DNA of 64,000 bases from the NCBI GenBank assembly GCA_053919585.1, contig CM132800.1; one strand, written 5' to 3'. The number at the start of each line of letters is the position of its first letter. Position 1 is the stretch's first letter. A program made the translations under genes and the position numbers. Below, piece after piece: positions 13,656-27,329 of the stretch. The stretch comes from Euprymna scolopes (lineage: Eukaryota). Below the pieces are notes generated by a model. It did not search any database, had not been told where the DNA came from, and saw only the letters and a list, made by a program, of their open reading frames with translations.

Positions 13656-13819
13656 GTCCAATGTGAACAAGTTCTAATTGAATCGTCCCCCTAAGTAATC
13701 CAAGTTACAAAATTCCCACTTTTTACTATGCTAAAATCACAATGACTAATGTATACCTATACACCCTTATCCTTGAGTGGCCTCTGGGCCTTGATAAGTG
13801 GTGACACCCATGTAAAAAA
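13654..13819 (+). mobile_element. ~165-bp 3'-terminal fragment of a sister LINE fused to the A-tail of LINE A
   Basis: aagtccaatgtgaacaagttct parallels the ORF end aagtctaacgtaaataagttct (~13485). It carries a second copy of the cccttatc..agtggcc..ggccttgataag motif and a short A-tail. Confidence 0.85.
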
Positions 13820-14410
13820 CATATATAACTTTAGCCGTTTTCACTTAACTTATATAATCTGAAGTTTTAGATTTTACAATTATTGCTTAGCAAATATGGC
13901 TTCATAAAATAACAAGGGATAAAATATAGATGGAATCTGTAGTATTGCATTCAGACCTGTTTTTGATACATGTTTAACAAATTGCTGTCGTTTGAATCGA
14001 TCGGGGTTTATATTTTATGCAATCAGCGACGTTCTCATATACTAGTAATTTCAATTAGAGTGTAAGTGGTAATCTCCCGTCGTTGTATTGTGTTTTACTT
14101 TTAAAGCCAAAGGTCCTGTAAAATAAGTAAACCAATACTTGTATAACGAGCATTCTTTCTTCAATATTTCTCTACAATCGAACATTGTTATGGAATATGT
14201 ATGTTTATGTTTATACATTTGTACAGTGATATTCTATTGTTTACTTAGTTAGAGTGCATTATCCAAGTTTCTAACACGAATTAATTCATATATTTTATAG
14301 GGGGCTTGGCTAAAGATTAAAATGAAGTATACACTTTATAAGTGTTAGACACTTGGGGAATGGCCCTTAATCAACTAAATTACAGAATCGTACATTACAA
14401 ATGTAATATA

Positions 14411-14461
<51 letters not shown>

Positions 14462-14632
14462 TCCCCGAAACAGTGTTTCATAGTAAACAAATGATGATCC
14501 CTTCAAAAATAAATTATTAGTACTATAGTAAATTCGAGAGTGAGTTGATGCAGTGATTGCAGGTGATTAAATGACTTACTGACTAGATGGTTTTCTAACG
14601 AATGATAAAAAATATTTGTTTGTATAGTTTTA

Positions 14633-14771
14633 NNNNNNNNNNNNNNNNNNNNNNNNNNNNNNNNNNNNNNNNNNNNNNNNNNNNNNNNNNNNNNNNNNNN
14701 NNNNNNNNNNNNNNNNNNNNNNNNNNNNNNNNNNNNNNNNNNNNNNNNNNNNNNNNNNNNNNNNNNNNNNN
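14633..14771. other. Assembly gap
   Basis: Run of N. Confidence 1.
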
Positions 14772-14927
14772 GGAGACATATTGAAAAAGGAGTATTCGTA
14801 GTACAAGTATCGATTTACTCGATGGCCTGGAGTTCTTTAAATACACGTTCATACAAATGATGTCTATAACTCGGAAAGTAGTCAACTAAAAAATATATGA
14901 AATAATAAGGAACAAACCGAGTTATTT

Positions 14928-14970
14928 GTCATCAACGTTTCGTCTTTATTTCAAGACGTTCTCTGTATGA
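14928..14970 (-). ncRNA. Degenerate minimal type-I hammerhead-like motif (Penelope pLTR type)
   Basis: Minus strand reads tcatac-agagaa-cgtctt-gaaata-aagac-GAAAC-GTT-gatga. Stem II, GAAAC GTT and stem I (tcat/atga) are present; the CUGANGA core is mutated. Confidence 0.4.
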
Positions 14971-15221
14971 ATGAAATTAAGAAAACAAAAATACCAGCAT
15001 AAATATTTGAAAAAAAATTTTCTGAAAACAATGACGCTGTTTCATTTCAGCAACGGAAAAATCGTTGGAGATTCAAAAAAGGTGAAGGTGCGTTGTTAAA
15101 GAGAGGGGGACTTTTAATAACGTCATATAGGCGTTAAATGTTTTTATAAGATTTGATGCAGTTTATATTTTTCCGGAAGAAATAATTCTGTTAAAATTCA
15201 GATGTAAGTGTCTCACTGAAA

Positions 15222-15339
15222 TGTAATGAGTGTGTATTTGTTTTGTAAAATATATATATAAATATATGTAATAGGTGGGTATTTATGTAAAAAATATATC
15301 TAAATATATTTAATAGGTGGGTATTTATTATGTAAAAAA

Positions 15340-15350
<11 letters not shown>
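15222..15350. repeat. ~43-bp AT-rich tandem repeat, ~3 copies
   Basis: taataggtgggtattt..tgtaaaaaatatat occurs twice, preceded by a diverged first copy. Confidence 0.75.
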
Positions 15351-15373
<23 letters not shown>

Positions 15374-18300
15374 TATAAAATATTTAATAAAATATACACA
15401 TCTTACTTTAAATCTGATGTATAAATTAAAGTTAATATTACTTGTCTTCATTTATCATGCGTTTTAACTATGCTCTCATGTGCTTCATTCTCTGTATAAA
15501 ACTTTAGATTGTTTCGTCTTTTTCTATTAGTAATTGTTGTGTGAAATGATTATATGAAAGATTTCGAAAGTGATCAAATTACATCTTTTTCTTATTAGGA
15601 ATGTATTTATTTGCCTTATCTAGAATTGATTATTTAAAGTTATAAATAATGTAATTATGACTGATTTCTAAATTATCTAGCGAAACAATAGGAAACTTTT
15701 TGATATGTGTATCCATATCATAACATTATTTGTGTAATTTTCTAAATGTTTTTATTTTCGATGAATGGAATTAACAGCTACCTACGTATTTTCTTGGAAT
15801 GTTAATTTTTAAATAAAACCTACTAGTAACATTTAGTATGCGCCTCCTTTTTTCAATAATATTCAAAAATGTTTTTGTGTTGTGAAGACAACGTATTTGC
15901 GAAAAAACTGAAGGATATGGCGTTGTACAAGAGTGCATTTAACAAGATGATACGTTAATGAAGCAAAACATTTTTAGGTTTATTTCTTTTAGTTTACAAT
16001 TTTTATTCTTTTGTGAAATTTAGTTTTAACGCTGTGACACATGAGAAAACGAATTTTTGTTGACTCTGTGTAAAATGGAAATATTATTCACTTTTCCAAT
16101 AATGTGTTCAATTCTATGATTTTTAACTATACGAATCTGTCCGGCGGGCGATTTCCCGAACTTTTGTTGATTACTGTTATAATGATCTTCTTTAGTTTGA
16201 ACGTTAATGTCCGCTGCATTAAATAATGAGTACAATTCACGAATACACTTTTTGATAGTTTCAAGTACAGCTGGCATTCTGGATCATGAAGTTCAACGCC
16301 TCAGACTGGATCAAATGAAAAATTGAGAGGATGCTTGACATTTTTACATTTTGTTAAGGAGGTTGTGTCAGATATGATATTTAAAGAGTGAGCCGGTCAT
16401 TCTCTTCGATAACAATATCTTCTAAACACCAGTTTAAATTATTACCCAAGGCTCTCTATCTCTTTCTCTCTTCTCTGTTAAATTTAAACATTTATCCACG
16501 TTTTTCAGTAGCCACTGTTATTATTGTAATATCAGGTTTAGCACAGAAGATTATTATGACCATAGCTAAAATATCGTCAAAAAATAAAGCTGTTTTCAAG
16601 TAAAATTGTTTTATACTCTATTGTAAGACAGGTTAGAAGTTAATAACTTACGGCTAATTAAAGATGGTTTTTATTTCAAAAATGAGTGTCGAAATGCCAT
16701 ATTTGATTAATCTCAACGTTTTATTTTGCGTCCCATTGTTACTGATCTTACTTATTGATTTTTCTACGCGTCCATTCATCTCTGTAGGTGCTTAGTCAAT
16801 CAAACAATATTTCGTAATAGAATGTCTGTATATTTCACACACTGGTTGCCTTCAGCGGATATTAATTATCAATGTGATGTGATGTGCTTAATTAGGATGG
16901 TGTATTATTGTGAGCTATTCTGCATTATTAATCAAAAGCATGCCTAACAGATGCCTTCATTCATATCGATGTGTGTCGACTGAAATTCCATTTTGAACTA
17001 AATTGCCAGTAAATAAAATATCAAGAAGGGCCGAACAGAACCGTTTATACTGGTTCTTTGATGCATACTAAAAGTAGAAAGCTTTCGTGAAGCAAATATT
17101 TCGTAACAACGTCTTTCTTAAACCTACACCGCTTGAAGTTTGTGGCAAACAAAAGTTCAAGACGGCTAGGTTTAGCTGAGAGCTAATCTACGTAGCATTA
17201 ATTATAGTTTTAATTGATATTGATTTGGTACTCACCGGCTGAATGTCGTTTTACTTAGGTGACTTCATGGGAACTTACATAGGGATGTCGTGTATCCATT
17301 TTAAATATTATTAGTGTTCAGTGTTATTGATATAGTATTAGAGTCTATTAAAAGATAATTAGTTTAAACTTACACCTATTAGTCATTAACCTCGTTTTTT
17401 GCGTATTATAAAAATATCGCTAAATTTAAAATACAAATTTATATAACGTTTTTATGTCATCGTATTATTTGAATATATTTGACTTTAAAAAAAACTATTC
17501 AGTTTAAAAAATATTTTAGCGTACGTTGAATTTGAATCTATTTGTGGCGATAGTATATAGGTCGTGCTTTACTTATAGTAATGTTGTATAGTATTTTTTT
17601 ATTATTTTGTATAGTAAATTATTATTATTTGTATAATAAATTATTATTATCCTAGTATAAAGGCAGTCAAACTAAAACATAACTTTTTAATAGGATATAG
17701 ATAGAATTGAAAATGAATCTACTCATTACTATCTGTATTTTACGAATTGAAACACGGGTTCGATAAATTTAATACTTACAGTATGCGTCGCGGAAACTCT
17801 ATACATCACCCGTTTGCTTAACGTTAAGAAGTGGTTAGAAGTACAATTTAAACCCATACATGTCTGCTATGAATGGACAACGAACACATCTTAACAAGAC
17901 ATGCTTTTATGTAGAAATTATTAATAAAAAAAAAACTCATAAATACTGTAAAAAATTATAGTTTAACACACAGATCTGTATACATTGCATGCGCTGAAAC
18001 TGTACAATTGCTTCAAAGTGTCTGTTATTGTGTTATTTAATGTTATCTTGTAACATAGCTGTTTATTTCTGAAAAAAAATAAAGCTTGATTTTTCTCCAC
18101 TAACACCGTAAGTTTAGTAGGGTGTAGCATTTATATTATTTACACTTTCCAGGATTAAATGGCACTCAACATTGATCAACAAATGGCCATTATTTAAATA
18201 TATCTAAAACTAACATAAATGCACCAAAGGTTAAAATGTTTAAGTGCGCCGTATTGTTTTTAAAGCTCAGTACATATTTTCACTTTGCTGCATTTAGTAT

Positions 18301-18949
18301 TACTCATTTTCGATTGTTTATGCCTACGATTTCTTCTTTGTAAACTACTTGGAACATGCGTGGCTTTATATTAAATGTTTTGACTGCGGCGAATTAGTTT
18401 CATTTTCAGCTTTTTTATGCGTATTAAAATTGTTCTTACAAGTCAGAGAAAGGAATTCTATTTTTTATCTGGCAGCAGAGTTTGCTTATTATTGAATATG
18501 AAACGTTGCCACAATATGTCGGCATTTCCTACGAACGTTTAATTTAAATTATTATATTGTTATATTTTCCTGTGTGTTGACATGGAAAATCATAGTAATT
18601 ATAATTCGTTAATTACTCTGCTTTTTTATAATAAATTCTTCTTTTTCTTCAGGGATTAGGGAATATAAAATTCTGACGATTAGCTTTAGTCACAAATATG
18701 CATCTATCAAGAGTTGGCATCCACCAATAAAAATGCAAGGTCAAATCTGTCATTAATCTGCTGCTTTCTGAAGATGGAAAAAAGATATATCCAACTATGC
18801 TTTTTAGATATTTATGAATTTCAACTGAGAGCAGGAAAAGTGTATCAACACTTGAATGCTGATAATGTAAAAAAATACAGTTACGTTAAATTAATATAAT
18901 CATTATATAAAGACATAAAAGTCAGCACTAGAGCAAGTACGAGAAGGAA

Positions 18950-21545
18950 ACAGTGATGACAAAAAAATTGTAATTCTGGAAAATAAGTGCCACCAGGGAG
19001 AACATGTGTGGTGTTTTGATGCGCAAACCAGGGGTAAAGGTACAATTTAAATGTCAAATGCGGCTAAAGAAAAGAGATATGGTGTTCTTCAGTTTCAACA
19101 AGGTGGTCTTAAGAGAATTTAAAAGTTACAGCGATTCTATAATCCTTTGATGATCCTCCCCCCCTATCGAACGGATGTCCACAACAACTTAGCAAGAGGG
19201 AGCAATATTTGCAAAATAACGCAATTGCTGTTTTACTTTTTTATAGTATGGTCATGGAAGAGAATTAACTCTTGCTCGGAAGGCGGCTCTTACAGCAAGT
19301 TTTGGTAGATGCATACTGCAAAAATAGAAAATTTAAAATGACAGGTTTTGAGAAGGGAACAGCAGATATATGTGCTGAAAATTATTCACATTTATGTGAT
19401 AGCGCTAGATATTGGTATGCCAATGCCGAAAGATGAGTTTGTCGAGGATTATTTTTATCATTTTAATATTTATAAAAATGAAATGTTATCATAGATATTT
19501 GCAGAGAAGATTATTTATCTAAAGTTCTTTTTTTTAACAGAAAAGAATGTTAGAACACAAAACAATAATTTAAAAAAGGTTGATCTCTAGAGTCTGACGT
19601 AGTCTTACGTAGTAGTCATTTAAAGTCACGTAGACTTGGGATAGAGCTTCGAAAACACGTATACTTTTATGTCAAGTGTCTGGAATGAGATATAACAGAT
19701 CGAGCGGGAGTCGAGAGAGGACAACAGTCGGCGGTGTACCCCAAGCAAAGGGAGTCAGAAATGGCGATAGTCAATGAAAGCATTGGCGCTTTTAAATGCT
19801 GCATTAAATATATATCGAATGGATCAGATAATACAGTTTTTCAGTTACAAATATTCTTGCACAAATCTATGCTCAAGAATCATAGATAATTGAAGAACTC
19901 AGTTAATATTAAACCATGAGATTTGTGTCGTCACCAGAAAAACATGGCGGATCTTTTGGATATTTAAGACATGAGCGTTTCACTGTAATCGTTGGTTTTA
20001 TAGTTCACAATGACAATGGGCAAATAGTCCTCTTTAATCAGATAAATTCATTAGATGCTCGTTTTGCCCTGCAATATTTTTCTCAGCTTTGTAAAGATAT
20101 TATTTTGCAAAGAAATTAAAGTATGCTGAATTGCAAAACCATTACATTTGAAATAAATGTACAGACAAATGAAATCGTTGTGTTAGAGGCATTTATATAG
20201 ATGTAATTAATGTATGGCACAGTTTTAAAAGCTTACGTTGTTGTGGTATTTACGTCTTTTGGCTGCATGAAGGAACATGTTTTTCAGTACCTCCAATATA
20301 AGTATTTATTTTATTCTTTGTAAAGTTGTTATATTATTCATTCACCTTAGTTTACCTCACGTCTGTACTCACGACATTGCTGCTTATTATCAATGACATA
20401 GGGAAGACTTATATACAAAGATTTATTAAACATTAGGTCAAATGAAAACATTGCGATATCAATGACATGAAGTGGGACTGCGACAATGCGGTAGGAAGGA
20501 TGGCGTACTTTGCACATTACGTTCAAAATACCATTGAATACATATATGATACATGAGCTTACATGTATTTTTTACTCGAAACTCTAATCAAAATAATACC
20601 AGACACAAAATAATAAATTTTGATGAAACTCCAATGGCTTATATAATGATAATACCATTGTAAAAATGCCAATCGGCGGCATTCCAACACTATTATTACG
20701 GGATTTCCGTTAAAGTTTGCTTGTTGTAAAAATTGGAACAAAGAAAAACATTGTAAAGGCAAGTTTAAAGAAAATCTACCTTTGGAGAATTATATTTGTA
20801 AAGAACAAAACAATTATTAGGGATTTTAACGTCTTCTGCTTACAATTGGTGATAGCGGTCTTTCTTATATTGATTACTGGATGCAATTAAAATTAATGAA
20901 GAGCTAAATAAATGCTATGATAACCTTCAAGAGTTGACGAAGAGAGTGTATCCTGACTTTAACTTTAATGGAAAACATCCAGATTGACTGCTGAACAAAC
21001 GAATGTTTCACCACCGAGTTTTAATGTCATCAAGTATCAAGTATAGCTGAATTCCCAGAGTAGGAAAAACTGTACACATCTCCTGACAATACAGCGTATT
21101 AGGATGATGATGTGAAATATCTTACAGATTATTTGAATTCACGTGAGATTTCTGGAATGGCTTCCCAACTTTCTAAAAGATAAAGTTGATTGTCTTCTTA
21201 GGATTTTGAATTCAAGGGGCCAACGTAAAACAACAAATCGAACACGATGTGTTGTAAAAAGAACGCATGACAATTTGATTGAAGCAATGCATACAGTCAG
21301 GTTTTATAAAGGCTTATATGTTCTCATTCCCAGAATTCCAATTATTCCAATTTCGCGAGAGAACATGCTTTACCATAAGCATCAATAAGAGTCAAAGCCT
21401 AACCTAAAAGAAAAATATTGGGAATTATCTAACAAACTTTTTGTTTCAGGGCATGTTTTATGTGGTAAGTATAAAAACAGAAATTTCAACATATTAGCCA
21501 ATCAATAACAAACAAGGAATGAAATTTACCCAGACGTTTTTGTAA
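18950..21545 (+). mobile_element. Highly decayed, internally deleted Helitron (Rep-PIF1 helicase relic)
   Basis: Collinear translated motifs: LLGRRLLQQVLVDAYCK (~19270), RFVSSPE..RHERF..VH..NGQ (~19920), GKT and GWRTLHITFKIP (~20400-20532), VYPD (~20947), DYLNS..SG (~21130), VLIPRIPIIP (~21320), SINKSQ (~21378), TRNEIYPDV (~21512). Confidence 0.88.
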
Positions 21546-22393
21546 ATAACCTATAAGTACATGGATATATAATTTTAACATTCATATAATTACGCTTTGA
21601 ATAACTGCTTAGGTGATGGGGTTTTGAGGGAAAATTAATATAGATTCATAACATTTATCATAAAGATAAAATAATAGATCAAATTTGTAAGCTATTTTAA
21701 TAAGTTCAAATTCCTGTATGTGACCTTGTTTTTGATTTAATAAATCTATACACAATATACACAATATACACGTTCTATCGCTCGGTGTTACGTTCCTACA
21801 GAAAACAGGTAGCTGTAATGCACACTTGTAATTTTCATGTAATGTAAATTTCATAAATCTTGGATAAGCTATGTGTTTAAAGAAGGATACGTTTCCAAGT
21901 TACTTGTTCGTATATATTACATTAAAGAAAATTTATTTTATAATTATTATATTATTAGTTATTAATGATTTTCAGTAATGGAAGTGAACTATTGTGTAAG
22001 TTAAACAAAACGTAAAAAAAATATTAAAGATAATTTATTATTGTGTAAGTTTAATAATACGTAACACATACTTTAAAAAAGCTAATTACGATTGTCTAAA
22101 ATCATGTCCACAGCAGATAGTGATATTTAAAACTAAAACTAAAATAAATGGAGGGTTCACAAAATATGGTCAGAGTACCGTGAAAATCAATTGTAAAAGT
22201 GACATTTTCCTGAAGGTTGAATGTTCTATTTTAGTGTGATCGAAAAATACACTTGCGAATTACTTAAGACCTCTATCCAGTCACAGCTGACGAAACCTGA
22301 GAATGTTATCCCCTTGAAAAAAATAACCGTTCCCTTCGAAAGTCCGTTTTAATTCTCGCGTTCTGACAGAAACATTCCTGAAGCCAACAGTAT

Positions 22394-22436
22394 GCACTTG
22401 AAGGACGTCGAGGCTACATCGACCGAAATGTTGTAG
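22394..22436 (+). ncRNA. Degenerate minimal type-I hammerhead-like motif (Penelope pLTR type)
   Basis: gcac-ttgaagga-c-gtcga-ggctaca-tcgac-c-GAAA-tgtt-gtag: a 5-bp stem II between a TTGAAG core variant and GAAA(C>T)GTT. Confidence 0.45.
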
Positions 22437-23099
22437 AAATGACATCAAAGTTGAGAACAGTAGTTTGATGAATCCAAATATTATGGGTTGATATTATTGT
22501 TATTGAACTATTTTATTAATCAGATCTATTTCTTTTTAAAAACGCAATGATCCAAAGTTTCTAAAACATTTATAAACTATTACTAATTATCGACATATTT
22601 ACAGTTTAAAAGTGATACATAACTTTAAGAAAACTTATTCTAATTTTATTAGCATCTATAACACAATTGTTACTCCAAAGCTGTTTAAAATTGAAGGAAC
22701 ATCATCTGAAATTGATATTCAGTGAATTTCGCCTAATTTTTATTAAATGGCTATGAATGACATAAGTGCAATCTTAAAATAGGTGAAATTTCGAATTGAG
22801 GTGCGCTCTAAAATCATTTTTAATATTTACGAAAAAATACATTTTTTGGAAATATTTATAATTTTTAGCTCTATCGCTATTGTTAATATATAACAAAAAT
22901 ACGAAAAATCAAAATTATTTACAAGAAACTTATAACATCCATACTCTATATGTATGAAACAAAATTAAACTTGATATACGCGACTTTATAACAAAAAGCT
23001 TGAAGCTGCTTTTAAAATTCTAAAATTAAGTAAAAAACAAATTGTGCATATACTTGAATTCATGCATATAGAAGTTTTGAGATGATGGTTTTTACTAAG

Positions 23100-23600
23100 A
23101 CAGACATAGGCAAGCATAATGTCAGTAGAGTTATTGGATGGAAATCATTCATGGTGGTAGAAAAAGAAGGAAATAATGAGACTGCCGATACGTAACAATT
23201 CAATTAGTATATTAGTCCCTAAGGAGAATGGTAGTAAAGGAGATATCGCGGTAAATTTTAGAGAGATATTAATGTGGCGTGCACTTGTTTTATTTTTGGG
23301 CTCTGGTGGAGGTAAAATAAAAATCACACAGCTCCCCATGATTGTCATGGAATTAGGTGTACGCGTTGGGCGGCCTGGTACAAAGATAAAGTTGTTAAGA
23401 TAGTGATATTTTCCGGGATTTCTTTAGAGTTGTGAGAATCCAGGCTTATGAGATCCGAGTTAATCGGTATGTTCGAAGGTATCTTGTATAATTAAAAGCT
23501 GACCAGTACATATTGCAGGTAAACGTTTTTTTGCTTTGATTCAGAAAATGTAGTCTTAAACAAATAGAAAGGAGAAAAAGTGAAGTCACTAAAATATCGA
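23100..23600 (-). mobile_element. Possible very decayed Penelope-like RT fragment
   Basis: Only a VPGRP motif (~23385-23368) and C/A strand skew on the minus strand; a hammerhead-like motif lies nearby. Confidence 0.2.
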
Positions 23601-25606
23601 GGTAGAATCCTAAATATAAGAAATATTGTTGGAAAAAATCATATAACTGAGAGTAGTTAACTTGAAGTGAGGTTGCGAAAAAATACAATCTTCTCCGCGT
23701 TCTTTTTCTCAGGTCTTGTAACCACAGTAACATACAAAATAATGAAGTTACTCTTCACAAAGGGGGAAGATTTTTCATAAAAGTTATCTTACTCTATTAA
23801 TATAAAGAACCACAAGGCTATTGTTCTTCTTGGCTGTTGCAAAAGCATCCTCACCTCCGGCATCTACAACCAGGTAAGTTATGTATTATTTACTACAATA
23901 TCCAGAGAAGAGAGATTCAAGAAACCCCATCGGACGACGAGTCATGTAGTTTGGTGAAGAGGCAACTAGGGCCTCTATTGTTATGGAAGAAACACTGGCT
24001 GAAAATTCACAGTTGATATTCATCATAGGAGGTCTTACCGTACTCCCCAAAAAGAAATGTCATAAGATCGGTACGGATATCCGGTCTGAATAAAAATAAA
24101 GGAAAATCAGTTGGTAAAAGTCTGGACGAAAATACATTTTTTTAAATGATGTCTGACTATTCTTAGCCCGGCGATGTGTGAAAACTGAGAAGAAAACATG
24201 TAAAAATGTTCGAGCATTTTGAAAAACTCGTACATTTAAAAAAAAAATAGATGGTACAGTAGGCTAGATTATACTGGGCCGACTTTGGGTTACGTTGTTG
24301 AAAGTCGATTTAAGAAATGGAAAATTATTATTAAAAGTTAAAACGTTAGATAAAAAATATTATTTTTCAGTATCCAGGATAAATTTGTGTACAAAGACAA
24401 ATATGTGTGTTAGCTTTTGGAATTTGGAACGGGCTAGCAGAAGAATAACCTAATAGAAGAAGGAATGCGACTTTGACAAAATAATTGTTAAAATAACAAA
24501 CGAATAGGTGTAATGTATATGTGCAAACAGTAATATCCCCATCTACAAGGAATATTATAAAACACTAGATGACACAAAAAACTCATTATATATCCCCCAA
24601 CATTATATACACAGATTACATCGGAATAAATCCGCTAATTTACCACTGGCGATACGTAAAATATGGTTAATTAATACCGTGCTCCTCTTGAAAAGATTAA
24701 AATGCAAGAGTCCAACATCGGCCCGCCACTTGTTGTCAAAGAATTTGACAACAAAAAGAATGGGTGGATACCCATGCATTCAATTCCTCTCTAGAATATA
24801 TGCCATTCACCCTGAAGAGGGACATTCCTACATACGATATTCAACATTTTAGCTATTATTTTCATGTGAGAATGTTCCTAAGTTACCTAGTGTAAGGACA
24901 CTAGGTATGTGAGTAACTGGGCTCCTTTGCTTCCATCTTAAAGTGTTTCACTCATCTCAGATACCAACGCCTAACACTTGCGCCTCATTCTTTAACCGCT
25001 TAGGATCATTGGTTACAAAACTAAAGGATTAAAAAGTTAATGCTAACTGCATCTTCAGATATTATGTCCGTATTTACGTATATCTCCCCAACGTAAACGG
25101 AAGTAGATTTCATTGCGGACTCATCTTGCATCCAAACAGCTTAACGATAGCTGCGATTATAAAGGTTGCAGCGTTTAAGCCAAAACACAAGCGTGAAACG
25201 ACCACAAATAGTTAGGACCCGTTGATGCAGGTAGGCTATTTTAAAATGCAGCAACGTTACAATTATAGCCTTTCTGTGTTTTGGATAAGCCATTGATGGT
25301 CAAAACGTTCGCTCGTCGCTTTTTCGAACACCCCGTGTCTACAAGTGTTGAACACTGCACATCATTAGTTTTGACGCTAACAACATGCACTTTGCATTTA
25401 TTTCAAGGCTACGATATTTTCTGCCCGAATATGTTCCTCGAGCGGCGGCAACATATGTGACCTACCTAATCGCAGCGATAATATCGTAGTGTTTTTTTGT
25501 GCTCGTGAATAAACGTTACTTGTACCATTTTGAGATCCTACACTTGAGATCATTTTGAGATCCTGCGCTTGCTGCAAGCTGGGGAAAAATTCACATTGTC
25601 TCTATA

Positions 25607-25608
<2 letters not shown>

Positions 25609-25668
<60 letters not shown>

Positions 25669-25677
25669 ATATATATA
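25609..25677. repeat. (TA)n microsatellite. Similar tracts at ~2996-3022, 4943-4973, 14414-14457, 25916-25962, 30012-30046, 30095-30135, 41219-41262, 41697-41737, 45873-45954 and 49145-49218
   Basis: Read directly from the sequence. Confidence 0.95.
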
Positions 25678-25913
25678 TTTCTGTATATTAGCTTAAAGGT
25701 ATAACAACTTCGAATGCCGAGATTTCTCATTGCGTTCAGTCTTTTTTTCTTTCTTAGAAAATCATTTATTTATTTTATATTTATTTTTAAATCGCCTTTA
25801 TATTTTATTGGGTTTTTGCACCGTACATAACACTAAATCGCAATTATTTTGAGAATTATTTAAAAAAAAATTAATCCATCAAATTTCATAATCATAATAA
25901 TATCTAAATAGAT

Positions 25914-25964
<51 letters not shown>

Positions 25965-26715
25965 GCGATCGGGAGGTAAACTTGGTTGGTGGAAGATTTC
26001 GGAGACATGTTATATTCATGCATGCAACGACAACATCCTCGGTGTAACAACACAGTACGTAACTAAAATGCAAGAGCTCGTCGCTAAGCATGGCTTTTTT
26101 ATGGACTTTTTTTTCGGGTTGGAGTTCATAATAAATAATATATTCAGGAATCCTCAACTGAAATTGAACCTTTCTATAAATAGAGAAAAACGAGCAATAT
26201 TTTTTTAATATAAGATGTATTTAATGTATCTTTATATTTCAGCTTCCCAAGCAACATTATTAAAAACTCGAAAGTCAACAGAACTTTTTTTGCAATCGTG
26301 TATCACATATAAGGACGAAATTCAAATTACAAACATTTTCTCTCGTGTTTAGTAAAACAAAAGCAACGTATAAACAAAGGACGTTAATTGGAAATATTCA
26401 TATTTAGAAAAAAGAACATAACATAACTAAATATAATTACTGAATACCTTGCTCAACATATCCCATTCGACATTTGGTCGAACCTTTAATCCAGGCTGTG
26501 GCTCGTCTCATGATATTAAAACAATCTCCGGTTTTATGCTGTCCGGCGCAAAGCTTCAATGCATCGCCTCGATTTTACACATTTTATTACAAAAAATCAT
26601 AAACATCAGGCACAAAAGTTTTAAATGTGGAGATCTCTAGCTTATATAAAAGTGTTCTCATCTCGTGAAACAAAAAATTAAGTTACATTCGATATTGAGA
26701 AAGGTAGCATTTATA

Positions 26716-26734
26716 AAATAATAATAATAATAAC

Positions 26735-26771
<37 letters not shown>

Positions 26772-26792
26772 TATATATATATATATATATAT
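26716..26792. repeat. (AAT)n + (TA)n compound microsatellite
   Basis: Read directly from the sequence. Confidence 0.95.
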
Positions 26793-27329
26793 GAATACAG
26801 TAGAACTCCGGGATTATACATTAGTAACAAGATACATTACTGTATATAATACACATGTATATAATCAAATAACGTTATAAATAACATCGGAAGGCGGGGT
26901 AGATACTGCAACAACGGTCGGAAAACATCGTATTTCACATCGTAACCTGAAAAAAACTTATCCCAGGGCCACTGTATCGCGGGGTTATAATAAACACGTT
27001 AAACGTTTAAGAATTAGATATATTAATCGAAAGTTATAATGCAAGGGAGGTACGAACATGGCAATCTGTTTTGTAAGCCTACGCTAAAATGTTATTTTTC
27101 TTTCCTATAGCGTTTTTCCACTTCAGAACATTTTTCAGCCCTCTCTAAGTTATCATTTTTTCCTTATACCACATTTCTTTGTTCCCCACAAATTCACAGG
27201 AAGAAGCCGTCTAAAAACAAAAAGTGTCTCCCCTATTTGCATAGCATTAAGAGGAATTTCCATGGATATGTCTTCCTTCCAAAGAAGTCAAGCCATGGAT
27301 ATGCATTTTATTGATATTGCTTTAATCTT

